In this document: positions 48,511 to 61,699 of the stretch, piece by piece
Layout of the letters: every line of letters begins with the position of its first letter
Position numbering within the stretch: position 1 is the first letter of the stretch
Assembly: GCA_050613775.1 (NCBI GenBank)
Contig: JBODTK010000159.1
Location: forward strand, 310,001 to 374,000
Direction of reading: 5' to 3'
DNA length: 64,000 nucleotides
Source: Neocallimastix sp. 'constans'
Taxonomy: Eukaryota
Position numbers and translations under genes: made by a program
Notes under the pieces: model-generated
Database searches by the model: none
What the model saw: only the letters and a program-made list of their open reading frames with translations
Told to the model about the DNA's origin: nothing

Positions 48511-48942
48511 ATAGAAATTAATAATAATAATAAAAATATATATAATTAATAATTAATAATAATAAAATAATAAATACTATAATAATAATAATATAAATAA
48601 TTTATAATAATATTAAAAAATATAATATAAATAATAATATATATTATAATTAATAATAATAATAAATACTATAATTAATAATTAACTAAAAAAATAAAAT
48701 TTAAATATAATATATAATATATATTTATAAAAAAAAAAAGTTTCTTATTTTTTATTTTTTTTTATTCATTAATATTAAATATTATAGTTAATGATTGTTT
48801 TTATTAATTAATAATTAATACAATAAAAGGTAAAATTCTCTCTCTTTCTTTTATTTTTCTTTCTTTCTCTCTCTAATAAAATAAAGTATTTATAAAAAAT
48901 AATGAATTATATTTAAAATTTAAAAAAATAAAAATAATAATA

Positions 48943-48979
<37 letters not shown>

Positions 48980-51031
48980 CAAATAAAAATAAAAATACAA
49001 ATAAAAATAGAATAGAATAGAATAGAATAGTTTTTTTTTTTTTTTTATATATATATATTTATATTTATTTTTTATTTTTTATTTTATTGAAAGAGGGAGA
49101 CCCTCAAAGAAAAGAACGACTATTCTGTCTTTCTTTTTTTGTCTCGTCTTATCTTGTCCGGTCTCGTCTCGTTTCGTCTTGTCTTGTTTCATCTCTCTTC
49201 GTCTCCTCTTCTTTTATTTATTTATTTAATATATATTTATGTATTTATTTATATACCTATTAAATTATTTATTTCTTCAGTTAGGAAATTTTTGTATTAT
49301 TATAGTTTAATTCGTTTCAAAATTTTTGTGGATCATTCTTCTCTCTTTTTTTTTTTTTTTTTATAATTATTTACCATTAAGCAAAAATTAATAAAATTAA
49401 AAAGAATGGATACTTTTTTTTTTTTTATCTTTTATCTTTCTTTTTTATTAGTATAGAATTAACCGTTAATCATTTATTTAATCATTTATTTATATTAGTT
49501 TATTTATTTAAAATATTATTTATACATTCAATTAAAGATTCCAGTAGTAAATCTTTTATAATAACCCTTTAATTTTAATCATTAAAAAAATATTTTTTTT
49601 TAATAATAAATAATAAATAATAAATAGAATTGTTAATATTATAATTAATAAAATAATTAATATATATCAAATTCTTTTAACAATATTTAAAATTAAATTA
49701 CATAAAGAAACAAATAGTTATCCATTTTACCATAAACTTTATTTATAATTTAATAAATTAAAAATAAATTAAAATTAAACTCAAATTCTAATAAAATGTC
49801 AAATAGAAAAAAGAAAAATAATAAAAAAAAATCATTTAAATTAAATTCATTTTATTTAGCGGCATATATTATATTCATATAGTATATTTAAATTTTTATA
49901 TTATATTTATTAGTAAATAAATTATTAATAAATATATAAAATATTATAAAGAAATTAATTAAAAAAAAAAAAATATGTAAACCATTTTTTTTATATATAT
50001 ATTTATATGATAATTTATTATGATAAAAAAATTTTATATATAATATTATTTATTATTATTATTATTAAATTATTATTATAAATATGATATTTTTTATTAT
50101 TTATCATTTATCATTTATTATTTATTAATCATCATTCATTCTTAATTATTTATTAATAAATATTCCTTTTATCATTTATTATTATTTATTTATTTATTAT
50201 TTATTATTTGTTATATCATTAATTATTATTTATTATTAATTAAAAAAATACTCTTTATTATTATTTATTATTCATTCATTCATTTTTTATTTTTCATTAT
50301 TCATTCTTCACTATTCATTTTTTTCATTTTTTAATATTTATTATTAAATACTTCTTTGAATTATTCTGATTACTTATATTTTTTATTATTTTATTAACAT
50401 TATATATTTTTATTATTTTATTTTTATTTAATTATTTAATTATTTTATTTTATTTTATTTAATTGTTTATTTAATTGATTTATTTAATGATTTATTATAC
50501 TTTTAATATTTTTAATATAAATAAGAATAAAATTCATTAAAAAAATTTTTCTTTAAAATTTAATTTTTCATTTATTATATTATTATTATAGAAAAAAAAT
50601 TTTATTTATTTGTTTATATTTAAATTTAAATTCTGTCAATACTATTTTTCTCTAATAAAATAAAAAAAAATAAAAAAAAAGAATAAAAATAAAAATAAAA
50701 AAAATATATATAAATAGTTTTTTATTTTTTTATTCTTTTATTTTTATTTTTATTTTTATTTTTTTAGTAAATAGTTAAACAGTATCAATTTTAATATATA
50801 TAAACTAAATTTAAAATAAAATAAAACCGAAATAGAAATATATATATAATTAAAATAAACAAATTAATTTAATTTAATTAATCATTGAAAATATAATTGT
50901 AAATAAATTTATGTTAAAATTCATATACTATAAAATTATATTTTAAAATCAATTAAAGATAATAATAAAAAAAGCAGTTTTTTTTTTTTTTTAAAAAAAA
51001 AAAAATTAGAATAAAATAAAATAGAATACAA

Positions 51032-52699
51032 ATGTTTAAACAATTATTATTACTAACGGTACTTATCGTTAATACGGTATACAGTAGAAGTGCTATTTTT
51101 AAAATCATTTCTTTCGGTAGTCAAACCCAAGTTAAAATCGTCGGTGGAAAAAAATATAATCTTAAATCAATTGGAAATGATCCATTATTATTTGGAGGTA
51201 GAGTGTCGTCTGCTCCAGAAGGTGACTTCAATTATTACTATATTATTGACGGTGTAAAAGAAGATTTTGAACGTACTTTCAGTGCTGATGCTACCTCTAC
51301 CTACAATGAATTCTTTGGAAGGAAAGATACTCTTTTACCACTTAAAAGTTTTGAACATCCTCCTTCTTTATCTACCTGGGATAGAAGTGTTGGCAAATTG
51401 AATCTCTTTGATGATGCTTACATTCCTACAATACATATCTCTGGTAATACTACAGAAAATTTTTTCCATCACCCTACCGATGCTACTGTTAAATTAGAGA
51501 AGGTCACCTTTTACCTTAAAGATACTGTAAAGTCTTTTGATAAAGTATCTGCTAATGCTAAGAATAAGTATGTTTCTAAATTTCAAATTCGTTTCAAGTT
51601 AGGCTCTACTGGTGTCGATGGTCGTTACTTACTGAAATTACGTAATAGTGGTGAAGATCCTCTTAATCTTCGTCAATATATCTATGGTAATATGATTCAA
51701 GCCATTGGTATGCCAAGTATTCACTCTGTAATGGTTCGTGTCTACTTCAATAAAAAACCTGCTGGTTTCTATACACTTCAAGAAGAAGCTTTCAGTGAAT
51801 CCTTTATTAAATCTGAATTTTATGGTGATCCTAACACCGGTAAAGTTACTCTTCCAATAAAGTTAGGTTATCCTATTGATGGTGAATTCGGTTCCGATTT
51901 CGAATATAAGCCTAATAATCCATTTTACTATCGTTATTTTAAGGGAACCAAGGATAGATTACTTCCCTTATGTAAAGCAATTCAAGATCTTAATCCAAGA
52001 GATGCAGAAGAATTAGAAACTTTTGAAAGAGAGTGGTTTGACGTCGAAACGTTCCATAAAGCAATGGCTATGGAATATCTAACGGGAGATTGGGATGGTT
52101 ACTGGTATAGTGTAAGTAATTTTGCCGTTTATGATGATCCGCTGGAATCCACCGATCATTCCTATAAATTCTATTTCATTACTCAAGATCATGATGAAAC
52201 TTTTGGTGTTGGTTTATGTAAACCTATTAATACCGTTGGTAATGATTTCACAAAGCTTTCCTACACGACCATGTTAAATCGTACCTGGAATATTGTAGAA
52301 AGAGATACCACCTATCGTGTTTTAGTTGATACCTTTATTGGTGGATCACCAGAACTTCAAAGACGTTTCCAGGATACTTTAATAGCTATTGTTCAAACTG
52401 TTTTTAACCCAGTCGCTTTCCGTGAAGTAGTTGAAAGTTATCGTCTTCGTTTCACACCAGAAATGGAATGGGATTACTCCTTTACTCGTCCACATGATCC
52501 AGGAAAGGTAGAAGATGTCCCAATCTATGAATATCGTCATTTCTTAAAGAACTTTGAACAAGGCGTCGGTGGCCTCCACTGGGGTATCTATATGTGGGTG
52601 GAGGAAAGAGCAGAAGCTCTTAAAAATGAATTTTGTATTACTTGGCCAGGTGATCAAAATCCACCATCTTTTGACTGTATTCCACAAAATTATTTTTAA
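51032..52699 (+). CDS. cotH: Secreted CotH-family (spore-coat-like atypical kinase) protein; intronless, 555 aa
   Basis: Signal peptide; LLKLRN, VRVYFNKKPAGFYTLQE, EYLTGDWDGYW...NFAVY and FITQDHDETFG are typical CotH motifs. No dockerin is seen. Confidence 0.9.
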   Translation: MFKQLLLLTVLIVNTVYSRSAIFKIISFGSQTQVKIVGGKKYNLKSIGNDPLLFGGRVSSAPEGDFNYYYIIDGVKEDFERTFSADATSTYNEFFGRKDTLLPLKSFEHPPSLSTWDRSVGKLNLFDDAYIPTIHISGNTTENFFHHPTDATVKLEKVTFYLKDTVKSFDKVSANAKNKYVSKFQIRFKLGSTGVDGRYLLKLRNSGEDPLNLRQYIYGNMIQAIGMPSIHSVMVRVYFNKKPAGFYTLQEEAFSESFIKSEFYGDPNTGKVTLPIKLGYPIDGEFGSDFEYKPNNPFYYRYFKGTKDRLLPLCKAIQDLNPRDAEELETFEREWFDVETFHKAMAMEYLTGDWDGYWYSVSNFAVYDDPLESTDHSYKFYFITQDHDETFGVGLCKPINTVGNDFTKLSYTTMLNRTWNIVERDTTYRVLVDTFIGGSPELQRRFQDTLIAIVQTVFNPVAFREVVESYRLRFTPEMEWDYSFTRPHDPGKVEDVPIYEYRHFLKNFEQGVGGLHWGIYMWVEERAEALKNEFCITWPGDQNPPSFDCIPQNYF

Positions 52700-53149
52700 T
52701 TTATTTTTTTATAATTTAAATAACATAAAATAATACAAAAAAAAAATTTAGAAATTATTATTTTCAATTAATACAGTAAAAAAAATATATATATATATAT
52801 TTTTCTTTTTCAGTATAAATTATATATATATGTATATATGTATATAATAAAAAGTTTATTTAATTTTTTATAATAATAATTATGATTTCTTAACCAGAAA
52901 AAAAAAAAGAAAAAAGAAGAGTATTCTCTAAATATTTATATTTATATCTATGTAAATATTGTAATATTATTATTTTAAATCAATACAATATATATATACA
53001 TTTATAATATAAATTAACATTTATAATATTAAATATTATATATAAAAAAAAAATAGTTAATAAAAAGTATTAAATATAAAAATATTTAAAAATAATTATA
53101 AAAATATTAAAAATCACTATAAAAATATTAAAATATTAAAAATAATTAT

Positions 53150-53600
53150 ATAATTTAAAATATAAAAATATAAAAATATTAAAAATAACAATATAAATAT
53201 TTTTATATAATATATTATATAAAATACTAAAATATAAATATAAAAATATTAAAATATAAATATAAAAATATAAAAATATAAATATAAAAATATAAAAATA
53301 TAAAAATATAAAAATATAAATATAAAAATATAAAAATATAAAAATATAAAAATATAAATATAACAAATATAACAAATATACAAATATAACAATATGAAAA
53401 TATAAATATACAAATATACAAATATACAAATATACAAATATACAAATATACAAATATAAAAATATAAAATATAAAAATATAAATATTAAAATATAAAAAT
53501 ATAAATATTAAAATATAAAAATATAAAAATATAAAAATATAAAAACAAAAATATAAAATATAAAAATATAAATATTAAAATATTAAAATATTATTAAAAT
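53150..53600. repeat. Low-complexity AAATATA(A/C)A repeat array
   Basis: Tandem 8-10-mers; this array is the source of three spurious minus-strand ORFs. Confidence 0.85.
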
Positions 53601-53612
53601 ATTAGAGAATTA

Positions 53613-53647
<35 letters not shown>

Positions 53648-55391
53648 AATTAATTAATTAATTAGTTAATTAAATTATAAATATATATATAAATATAAAT
53701 GAATATATATATTATAATTTAGATAAAAAAAGGATGAATAGTTATAAAAAATAAATGTAAAAAAAATTATTAAAAAAAAAATGTAAAAAAATTTTTTAAA
53801 AAAAAAAGTTTAAAATAACAAAATAAAAAGAAGAAAAAAAAAAACAATCCATGAATAATTATTATAAAATAAATTAATATATATATATTGTTTGTTTGCT
53901 TTATTGTTTTATAATTATATTTAAAGTTTATTATTATTATTATTATTTTTTTTTATTTTTATATTTATTTAATTTTTTTATTTCTTTCTTTATTTAAACA
54001 TAAAATATAAAATATAAAATATAATTAAATGATCATTTTTAAAATATATATCTTTAGTAAATTATTATATTCAATACATTCGTAAACCTATTTTTTATAT
54101 GTTCTATATAATGAACAAGCTAAAATGTACTAACATAAAAGCATTTAATTATTTATTATTTATTATTTATTATTTATTATATAATATTTATTATTTGATT
54201 ATTTAATTATTTATTATTTATTATTTATTATTTATTATATATTATTCAATCAATTATTATTTATTATTTACTATTTATTAACTATTAATTTTTAATTATT
54301 AATTATTATTTACTTTTCATTATTCATTATTGTTATTTATTAATATTTTATTATTATTTTAATATATAATATTAAATAATTATAATAAACTTAATACGGC
54401 ACATTTTATTTATTTATTATTTTTATTATAGTACGATGCAATAAAAAGAAATTAAATTAATAAATAATTAAATAAATAATTAAATTAATAAATAAATAAA
54501 TAAATAATTAAATAAATAATAATTAAAATAATAATTATTATTTAAATAATGAATAATTAATAATAATTACATAATTATATAATTAGTTTTATTATTATTA
54601 TTATTCATTTTTATTATCATTATTCCAATTAATGATAATAATAAATCAAAGAATAACACTTTTATATATATTATATAATATAAAAGTAATGTATTAAAAA
54701 AAAAAAAAAAAAAAAAAAACATATAAGAATAGAAGATCCACTCTTAACTACAGAACAAAAAAAAAAAAAAAAACTTTTGATTAAATATTTAAAAATATAT
54801 ATATATTATAACAATTTTAAAATAATAAATAATAAATAATAAATAATAGGAGTACTTGTTAATAAAATAATTAATAATAATAAATAATAATAAAAATTTG
54901 TACGAAATATTCTCAAAAATTGAACATACCATACTAAAAAATTTTTATTTATTTAAAAATTATATTTAATCAATAAAATTCATATATATATAAATCATTT
55001 AGTTATTTAATTATTATTTCATTATTATGTAATTAATAAAAAAATATCTGAAATAATTAATCAATTTCTACTTTTATTTAATTCATATACTTTACATGGT
55101 CTAAAATAAAAAAAAAAAAAAAAGAGTTATAATTTTACTTTATTTAATATTATATGTAATACTAATGAATTTTTTTATAAATAAACTATTATACGTTTAA
55201 ATATTTTTTTTTATTTTAAAAAAATTTTTATTATTTAATATTTATTTATTTTTTAATATTATTTTATATTACAATATTTTTTTTTATTATTATAATAAAA
55301 TATTTTATATTATAATAATAATTAGTTTAATATTATTGTTTTTTTTTTTTTATTTTTGTATATATATATATATATATTTAATTTTTTAATG

Positions 55392-55423
<32 letters not shown>

Positions 55424-55788
55424 ATTTATTTATTTTAATTTAATTTATTAATAATGCTCTAACTTTTTTAATTGTTTTGCTATTTTATTATTGATATTTC
55501 CATATATTATATTATATAAATATTATTTTAATTTTTGATATATTATAAATATTTTATATTATTTATATTATTTTATACTATATATGTACTCATTTTATAA
55601 AATTATAATATTCTATTATTATAATATTTATATTTTATAAAATTTTTATAAAATAATATTATATTTTTATAATATTAATTTATAATTTATAATTAATTAT
55701 TTGTTTATTAAGTATAAATAATATTTCCAAATTTTCTTTTTCTTTTTTTTTTTTTCTTTTATTTTATTTTGCTTTATTTATTGATTAT

Positions 55789-58700
55789 TTAATTCCATGA
55801 AACAACAAAATCATCATTCATACTAATATCAAGATTCTTGATGATTAATTCATTGTTAGAGAATTCAAATTGAGCATCAGCATCATTAACCGTAACTGTT
55901 GATGGCTTAGAAGATACTCCAAGAATAGAAATTTCATGAAGATTTTGTGGTTCATCATAGTTGTAACTACCCTTAGCTGTGAGAGTGCCGTTTTCAACAT
56001 TGTATTCAATTTCATTAAATTTACCATCCACATTGTAACTGATACCATCATCAAGATACAAAATACCATGAGCTTTCTTTTCACTATCAAGAGCAACTAA
56101 AAGTTCAAATGGCTTGTTACGATTTTCATAAACCGTTAATGATGGTCCTTGAGTTGGAATGATTTGTCCTCCACGAATATGAACTGGAATATGTTCAATT
56201 GGGGCATTTAATACCTTATAGGTTGGTCCAGTAATAACATTACTGTGATCATACCAATCATACCATATACCTTCTGGGAAGTATCCTTCAACCGATGTCT
56301 TACCCTGTTCAATAACTGGTGTAATTAAGATACCTTTACCAACAAGGAATTGTTTATCGATTCCAAGAGCAGTAGCATCATTTGGCCATAAGGCAGCAAA
56401 TGAATAAAGAATCATTTCTGAATGAGTATGAGTTCTAACTAAATAAGTATACATGTAGGGAAGAATCTTATAACGAATAGCTAAAGCCCTACGAGAGGCT
56501 TCGGCGGTCTTTGGCCATATATATGGTTCTTGACTACGAATTCTAGCATTATCCCATTCTAATCCATTATGGTTTCTTCCAAATGGATTGAAAGCACCAA
56601 GTGCCATCCAACGAGCACAAAGTTCTTCATCCGCATTAGCTTGGAATCCACAAGTATCTGATCCAACCATAGGAATACCAAATAATTGGAAAGAAAGCAT
56701 ACCGGTGATGGAGTAATACATATCCTTCCACCATGAATGATTATCACCAAGCCAGTGAGCTGCATATCTACCAGTACCTGGGAAAGTAGAACGTGAAAGA
56801 AGGAATGGTCTCTTAATTGGATCAATATTGAGAAGTGCTTCGTACGAAACAATTGATTCCATATGTCCATACATATTATGAATATCATAATCAATAAGTC
56901 CTCCATAGTATTGAACATCCATATCAAGAGTCTTTGTCTTCAATGGAGCTTCATATCCAAAGTTATTAATAGCAAATGGTGGATTTCTTGGATTGAACTC
57001 TCCCATCTTAAACTTTGGATCATCACTACCAGAGTTACATGCTCCATTACAGAAACTAGCTGCTTCATTCATATCAATCCAATTACCATCGGTCATTGCT
57101 AAATCTTTGAATAATTTAATTTCATTGGTCCAATATTCAACAATATTTGGATGATGCCAATCTGGGAATGCTGTATTTAAATTAACTGGCCATACTTCAC
57201 CTAAGAAAAGTTCTCCATTCTTATCCTTGATGAAAATATCTTTTTCCATACCACGACTGAATGGCGCATAATTATCATCCTTGGCAATTGCTGGATCAAT
57301 CATATTAATGTAGTATTGATGATTACTTTTCAATTCATTCACAAATTTCTTCATTTCCGAAACTGGGAAGTTCTTTGCATCATAAGTAAAATCTTTATTG
57401 TTTTCCATATAATCAATATCAATCCACATGGTATCTAATGGAATGTTATTCTTTTTGTAGTTGGCCACGACTTCACGAACTTCATCAATATTTCTGTATC
57501 CATAACGACATTGATGCCATCCAAGTGACCAATATGGTAATAAGGCTGGTGCTCCAATCACTTGGAAATATTGTTTAGTAATATCTTCCATACTTGGTCC
57601 CATAAAGAAATACATATCAAAGTTACCACCAATGGCTTGAATGGTCATTAATCCATCTTGAATAGAAAATTGCATACCATGACTATTCTTAAGATAGAAA
57701 CCGTATGCCTTTCCATCAATAATTTCAATATAGAATGGATGAGAACCATAAAGATTTTGTCCAACAGGATCAGCATTATCAGCATTCCATAATGCATGTG
57801 AAGTATTTTCACTATTTCTTTTATATGGTCCAAAGACTTCTCCGAAACCGTAGATTGCTGAGTTGCTATCAACATTTTTAGAAATCTCAAGATATTGACG
57901 TTCGAAAATAAAAGACATACTTTCGAAAACTGGTGTTCCATCTTTACGATTAATATTAATTTTGAATGTTTCTCCATCTACTAATTCGTAGGAGTATTGT
58001 AAATCATCATTTGGTCCATCTTCAATTTCAAATGGATAAGCATCTTCTGGAACATCAACATTATGAGGATAATCCTCAATATCCGTTGGTTGAATGTGAA
58101 TATGAAGTCTATCATTAGTTTCAAATTTAGCTTGGAAATCTAATTTTGGAATATCAATATCATATTTTTCACAAATTCTATCTTCGAGATCAAGAACAGC
58201 TGTCATTCCTGATTCTGATGTCTTTAAATCGGTAATGGTGTACGAACATCCACTTGGTCCTAAACCACAATCATCAGTTTTCATAACATTATCACCAACT
58301 AACTTGAAACAAGAAGATGATTTGATATTAGTGATATCCTTTGTTTGATTATTACCATCATTGAAAAGAACATTGACTGATGAAACATCACTTGGGAAAG
58401 TGTAACTATACCAACCATCTCCAATATCACTGATGGTTTTACCTGGCCAAACTTCTCCATAAACATTATTATCTTCATCATCCCAAGCCCAAAGATTAAC
58501 TGTACTCCATCCATATGGTTTTTGGAAACGAACAGTAATTCCTTCCTTTTCAATATGAATATCTTTACCAACTTCATTGAAACACCATGGAATACCATCT
58601 GTTTCTGATTCAGCCCAACAACAACCTGCTGCTTCACACTGTCTTTTAGTGACACCAATATAACCACAGTCAACACGACTCTTTTCATCAGCTGGACAAT

Positions 58701-59217
58701 TCTTTGATTCTGGATCAGGTGTTGGCTCTGGATCAGGTATTGGTTCTGGATCAGGTATTGGTTCTGGATCTGGTGTTGGTTCTGGATCTGGTGTTGGTTC
58801 TGGACTTGGTTCTGGATTTACATTTTTCTTTGAATTGAAACACCAAGGAATACCAGAAGTAGAAGATTCTGCCCAGCAACATCCACGACTGACACATTCA
58901 CTTTCATTAATACCATAATAACCACAATCAGTACGACTACTTTCATCAACTTCACAAGAATAAGATTCACTGCTTTTACATTCTGTTGTTTTACCACCGC
59001 TAGCGGTGTAGAAGCACCAAGGAGCGCCATCAACATTAGATGGATCCCAGCAACAACCATTACTGACGCAGGCGCTTTCATTAATTCCTATGTAACCACA
59101 ATCTTTACGAGCTAATGGTTCAACAGTACAGGAGCATTGATCATCTCTCTTGATAAGACCAGCAGCAGAGGATAAAGCAGCAAATTTAGCAATTAATATA
59201 GCTCTATTAAATTTCAT
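55789..59217 (-). CDS. Secreted GH31 alpha-glucosidase with three trefoil (P-type) domains, a (PEPTPD)n linker and a CBM26-like starch-binding module; intronless, 1142 aa
   Basis: Signal peptide plus KR, then three RxDCGY-GI/V-x4-C-x3-GCCW-x7/8-PWCF repeats and ITVRFQKPYGWSTVNLWAWD...WPG...GDGWYSYT...VLFNDG. GH31 motifs LYGSHPFY, WIDIDYM, WIDMNE (nucleophile), HWLGDN (acid/base) and FGRNHN are present. Confidence 0.96.
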   Translation of the reverse strand: MKFNRAILIAKFAALSSAAGLIKRDDQCSCTVEPLARKDCGYIGINESACVSNGCCWDPSNVDGAPWCFYTASGGKTTECKSSESYSCEVDESSRTDCGYYGINESECVSRGCCWAESSTSGIPWCFNSKKNVNPEPSPEPTPDPEPTPDPEPIPDPEPIPDPEPTPDPESKNCPADEKSRVDCGYIGVTKRQCEAAGCCWAESETDGIPWCFNEVGKDIHIEKEGITVRFQKPYGWSTVNLWAWDDEDNNVYGEVWPGKTISDIGDGWYSYTFPSDVSSVNVLFNDGNNQTKDITNIKSSSCFKLVGDNVMKTDDCGLGPSGCSYTITDLKTSESGMTAVLDLEDRICEKYDIDIPKLDFQAKFETNDRLHIHIQPTDIEDYPHNVDVPEDAYPFEIEDGPNDDLQYSYELVDGETFKININRKDGTPVFESMSFIFERQYLEISKNVDSNSAIYGFGEVFGPYKRNSENTSHALWNADNADPVGQNLYGSHPFYIEIIDGKAYGFYLKNSHGMQFSIQDGLMTIQAIGGNFDMYFFMGPSMEDITKQYFQVIGAPALLPYWSLGWHQCRYGYRNIDEVREVVANYKKNNIPLDTMWIDIDYMENNKDFTYDAKNFPVSEMKKFVNELKSNHQYYINMIDPAIAKDDNYAPFSRGMEKDIFIKDKNGELFLGEVWPVNLNTAFPDWHHPNIVEYWTNEIKLFKDLAMTDGNWIDMNEAASFCNGACNSGSDDPKFKMGEFNPRNPPFAINNFGYEAPLKTKTLDMDVQYYGGLIDYDIHNMYGHMESIVSYEALLNIDPIKRPFLLSRSTFPGTGRYAAHWLGDNHSWWKDMYYSITGMLSFQLFGIPMVGSDTCGFQANADEELCARWMALGAFNPFGRNHNGLEWDNARIRSQEPYIWPKTAEASRRALAIRYKILPYMYTYLVRTHTHSEMILYSFAALWPNDATALGIDKQFLVGKGILITPVIEQGKTSVEGYFPEGIWYDWYDHSNVITGPTYKVLNAPIEHIPVHIRGGQIIPTQGPSLTVYENRNKPFELLVALDSEKKAHGILYLDDGISYNVDGKFNEIEYNVENGTLTAKGSYNYDEPQNLHEISILGVSSKPSTVTVNDADAQFEFSNNELIIKNLDISMNDDFVVSWN

Positions 59218-59678
59218 TTTGAAATTTATTTATTTTTATATTTTTATTTTTAATAAAAAATATGTTTTGAACTTTTAATTAAATTAAAAATTGATTTAAA
59301 TATAATATTTTTAAAGTAAATTTTTTCTTTTCTTTTTAAAAAAATTATATTTGTATAATTAAAAAAAATATATTGATTATATTAATATATATATATATAT
59401 TTTTATTTTAAAAAAAATCAATAAATTTTAATAATTAATATTTTTTTTTTAAAGAAAAATTTCAATAATAATATTTATCTAAAAATTATTTACAAATTAT
59501 ATAATTATATTTGATAATATAATTAAAAAATAATACAAAAATGATAATTATATTATTTATATTTTCTATAAACAAAATATAAAATATATATTTATATTTT
59601 TAAAGAATAAATTATAGTGAAAATTTGTTTCTTTTTATATAAAAAAAATATTGATTAAATTTTATATTACTCCTAAAA

Positions 59679-59711
<33 letters not shown>

Positions 59712-59796
59712 TTTTTTTTTTTTTTATTATTAATAATATTATAAATTATTAATTATTATTATTTATTATTATTATTATTTATTATTTTTATTATTA

Positions 59797-59827
<31 letters not shown>

Positions 59828-59859
59828 CTTATTATTATTATTTATTATTTTTATTATTA

Positions 59860-59933
<74 letters not shown>

Positions 59934-60284
59934 TTATTATTATTATTATTATTATTTATTATTATAATTATTATTATTAGAATAAAATTTTAATTAATTT
60001 AGTTAAAATTAATATATATAATTTTTCATCCATTTAATAAGTATCTTAAAAATTAATTCAATTATACAATATGAATGTATTATGACTCTTCAGATAATAA
60101 TATTTTACAACATTTAATTATTAACTGTGGTAAATTTAATACTAAGAAAAATTAATTTAATTTAAATAAAAAATGATTTATATATTAATTAAAAAAATTT
60201 TATTCTCAATTTTTTATTTAAAATGTATTTTATTTATAATAATTATTATTTAATAATTTATTTTATTATTATTTTATTATTCAT

Positions 60285-60318
<34 letters not shown>

Positions 60319-60521
60319 AAAAAAAAAATTCAAATAATTTAATCACAACCACCTAAATCATATGTCATAAAAGATGAAAAAAAAAAAAAAAAAAAAAAAA
60401 AAGAGATAAAATGAAATTTAAATTTTATTAAATACTTTTCATTTAAATTCTTGAATTTTATATAAAGAAATAAATTAAAATATTTTATTAATTTAACTAA
60501 AAATATTTTTTTTTCATTGAT

Positions 60522-60994
<473 letters not shown>

Positions 60995-61699
60995 TTCTTA
61001 AAATAAAATAAAAAATATAAAAAAATATAGAAAAAATGTTAATTGAAGTAGAATAAGTTATTGATTTGATTTTATAATATAAACTTTATTAATTATTAAA
61101 ATATTTATATTAATTTGGTGGTGAGGTTGTATTAAAACAATTTTCACGTGATATGTATAAATATGTGGCTTTATCTATAATATTTTACATAATATTTTTT
61201 TTTATTTTTTACTTCAATTTTTAAATTAATTATTAAGTGAATAATTAAATAAATCATATAATGGTTAGATTTTATGATTTTAATTCTTTTATTTAAATGT
61301 TATTAATAAAAGAATTATATAAAAATATAAATGTTATTAATAATTATTATTATATTTAAATGCTATTAATAAAAAAATTAAAAATATAAATGTTATTAAT
61401 AATAATTCTTTTATTTAAATGTTATTAATAAAAAAATTATATAAAAATATAAATGTTATTAAAAATATAAATGTTATTAATAATAATAATTATTTTATTT
61501 AAAAGTTATTAAAAAGAAATAATAATTATAATGATAAAATTATTAATTATACAGACGTATTTGAATATTTATTTAAACTATATAAATTTAACAAGCTTAT
61601 AAATTAAATTTTTGAATGACAGAATTCTAATTATTTCGTTTGGTCATTCCTCATTTTTTAATTATTTATTATAAAGTAATATTTATACTATATTATTTA

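Noticed and set aside
55845..59081. Alternative-frame and antisense ORFs within GH31
   Set aside because: They are by-products of codon bias in a long real ORF and show no recognisable motifs.
61144..61151. TCACGTGA E-box/Cbf1-like palindrome
   Set aside because: A single 8-mer ~1.9 kb from the nearest gene start, with no supporting context.
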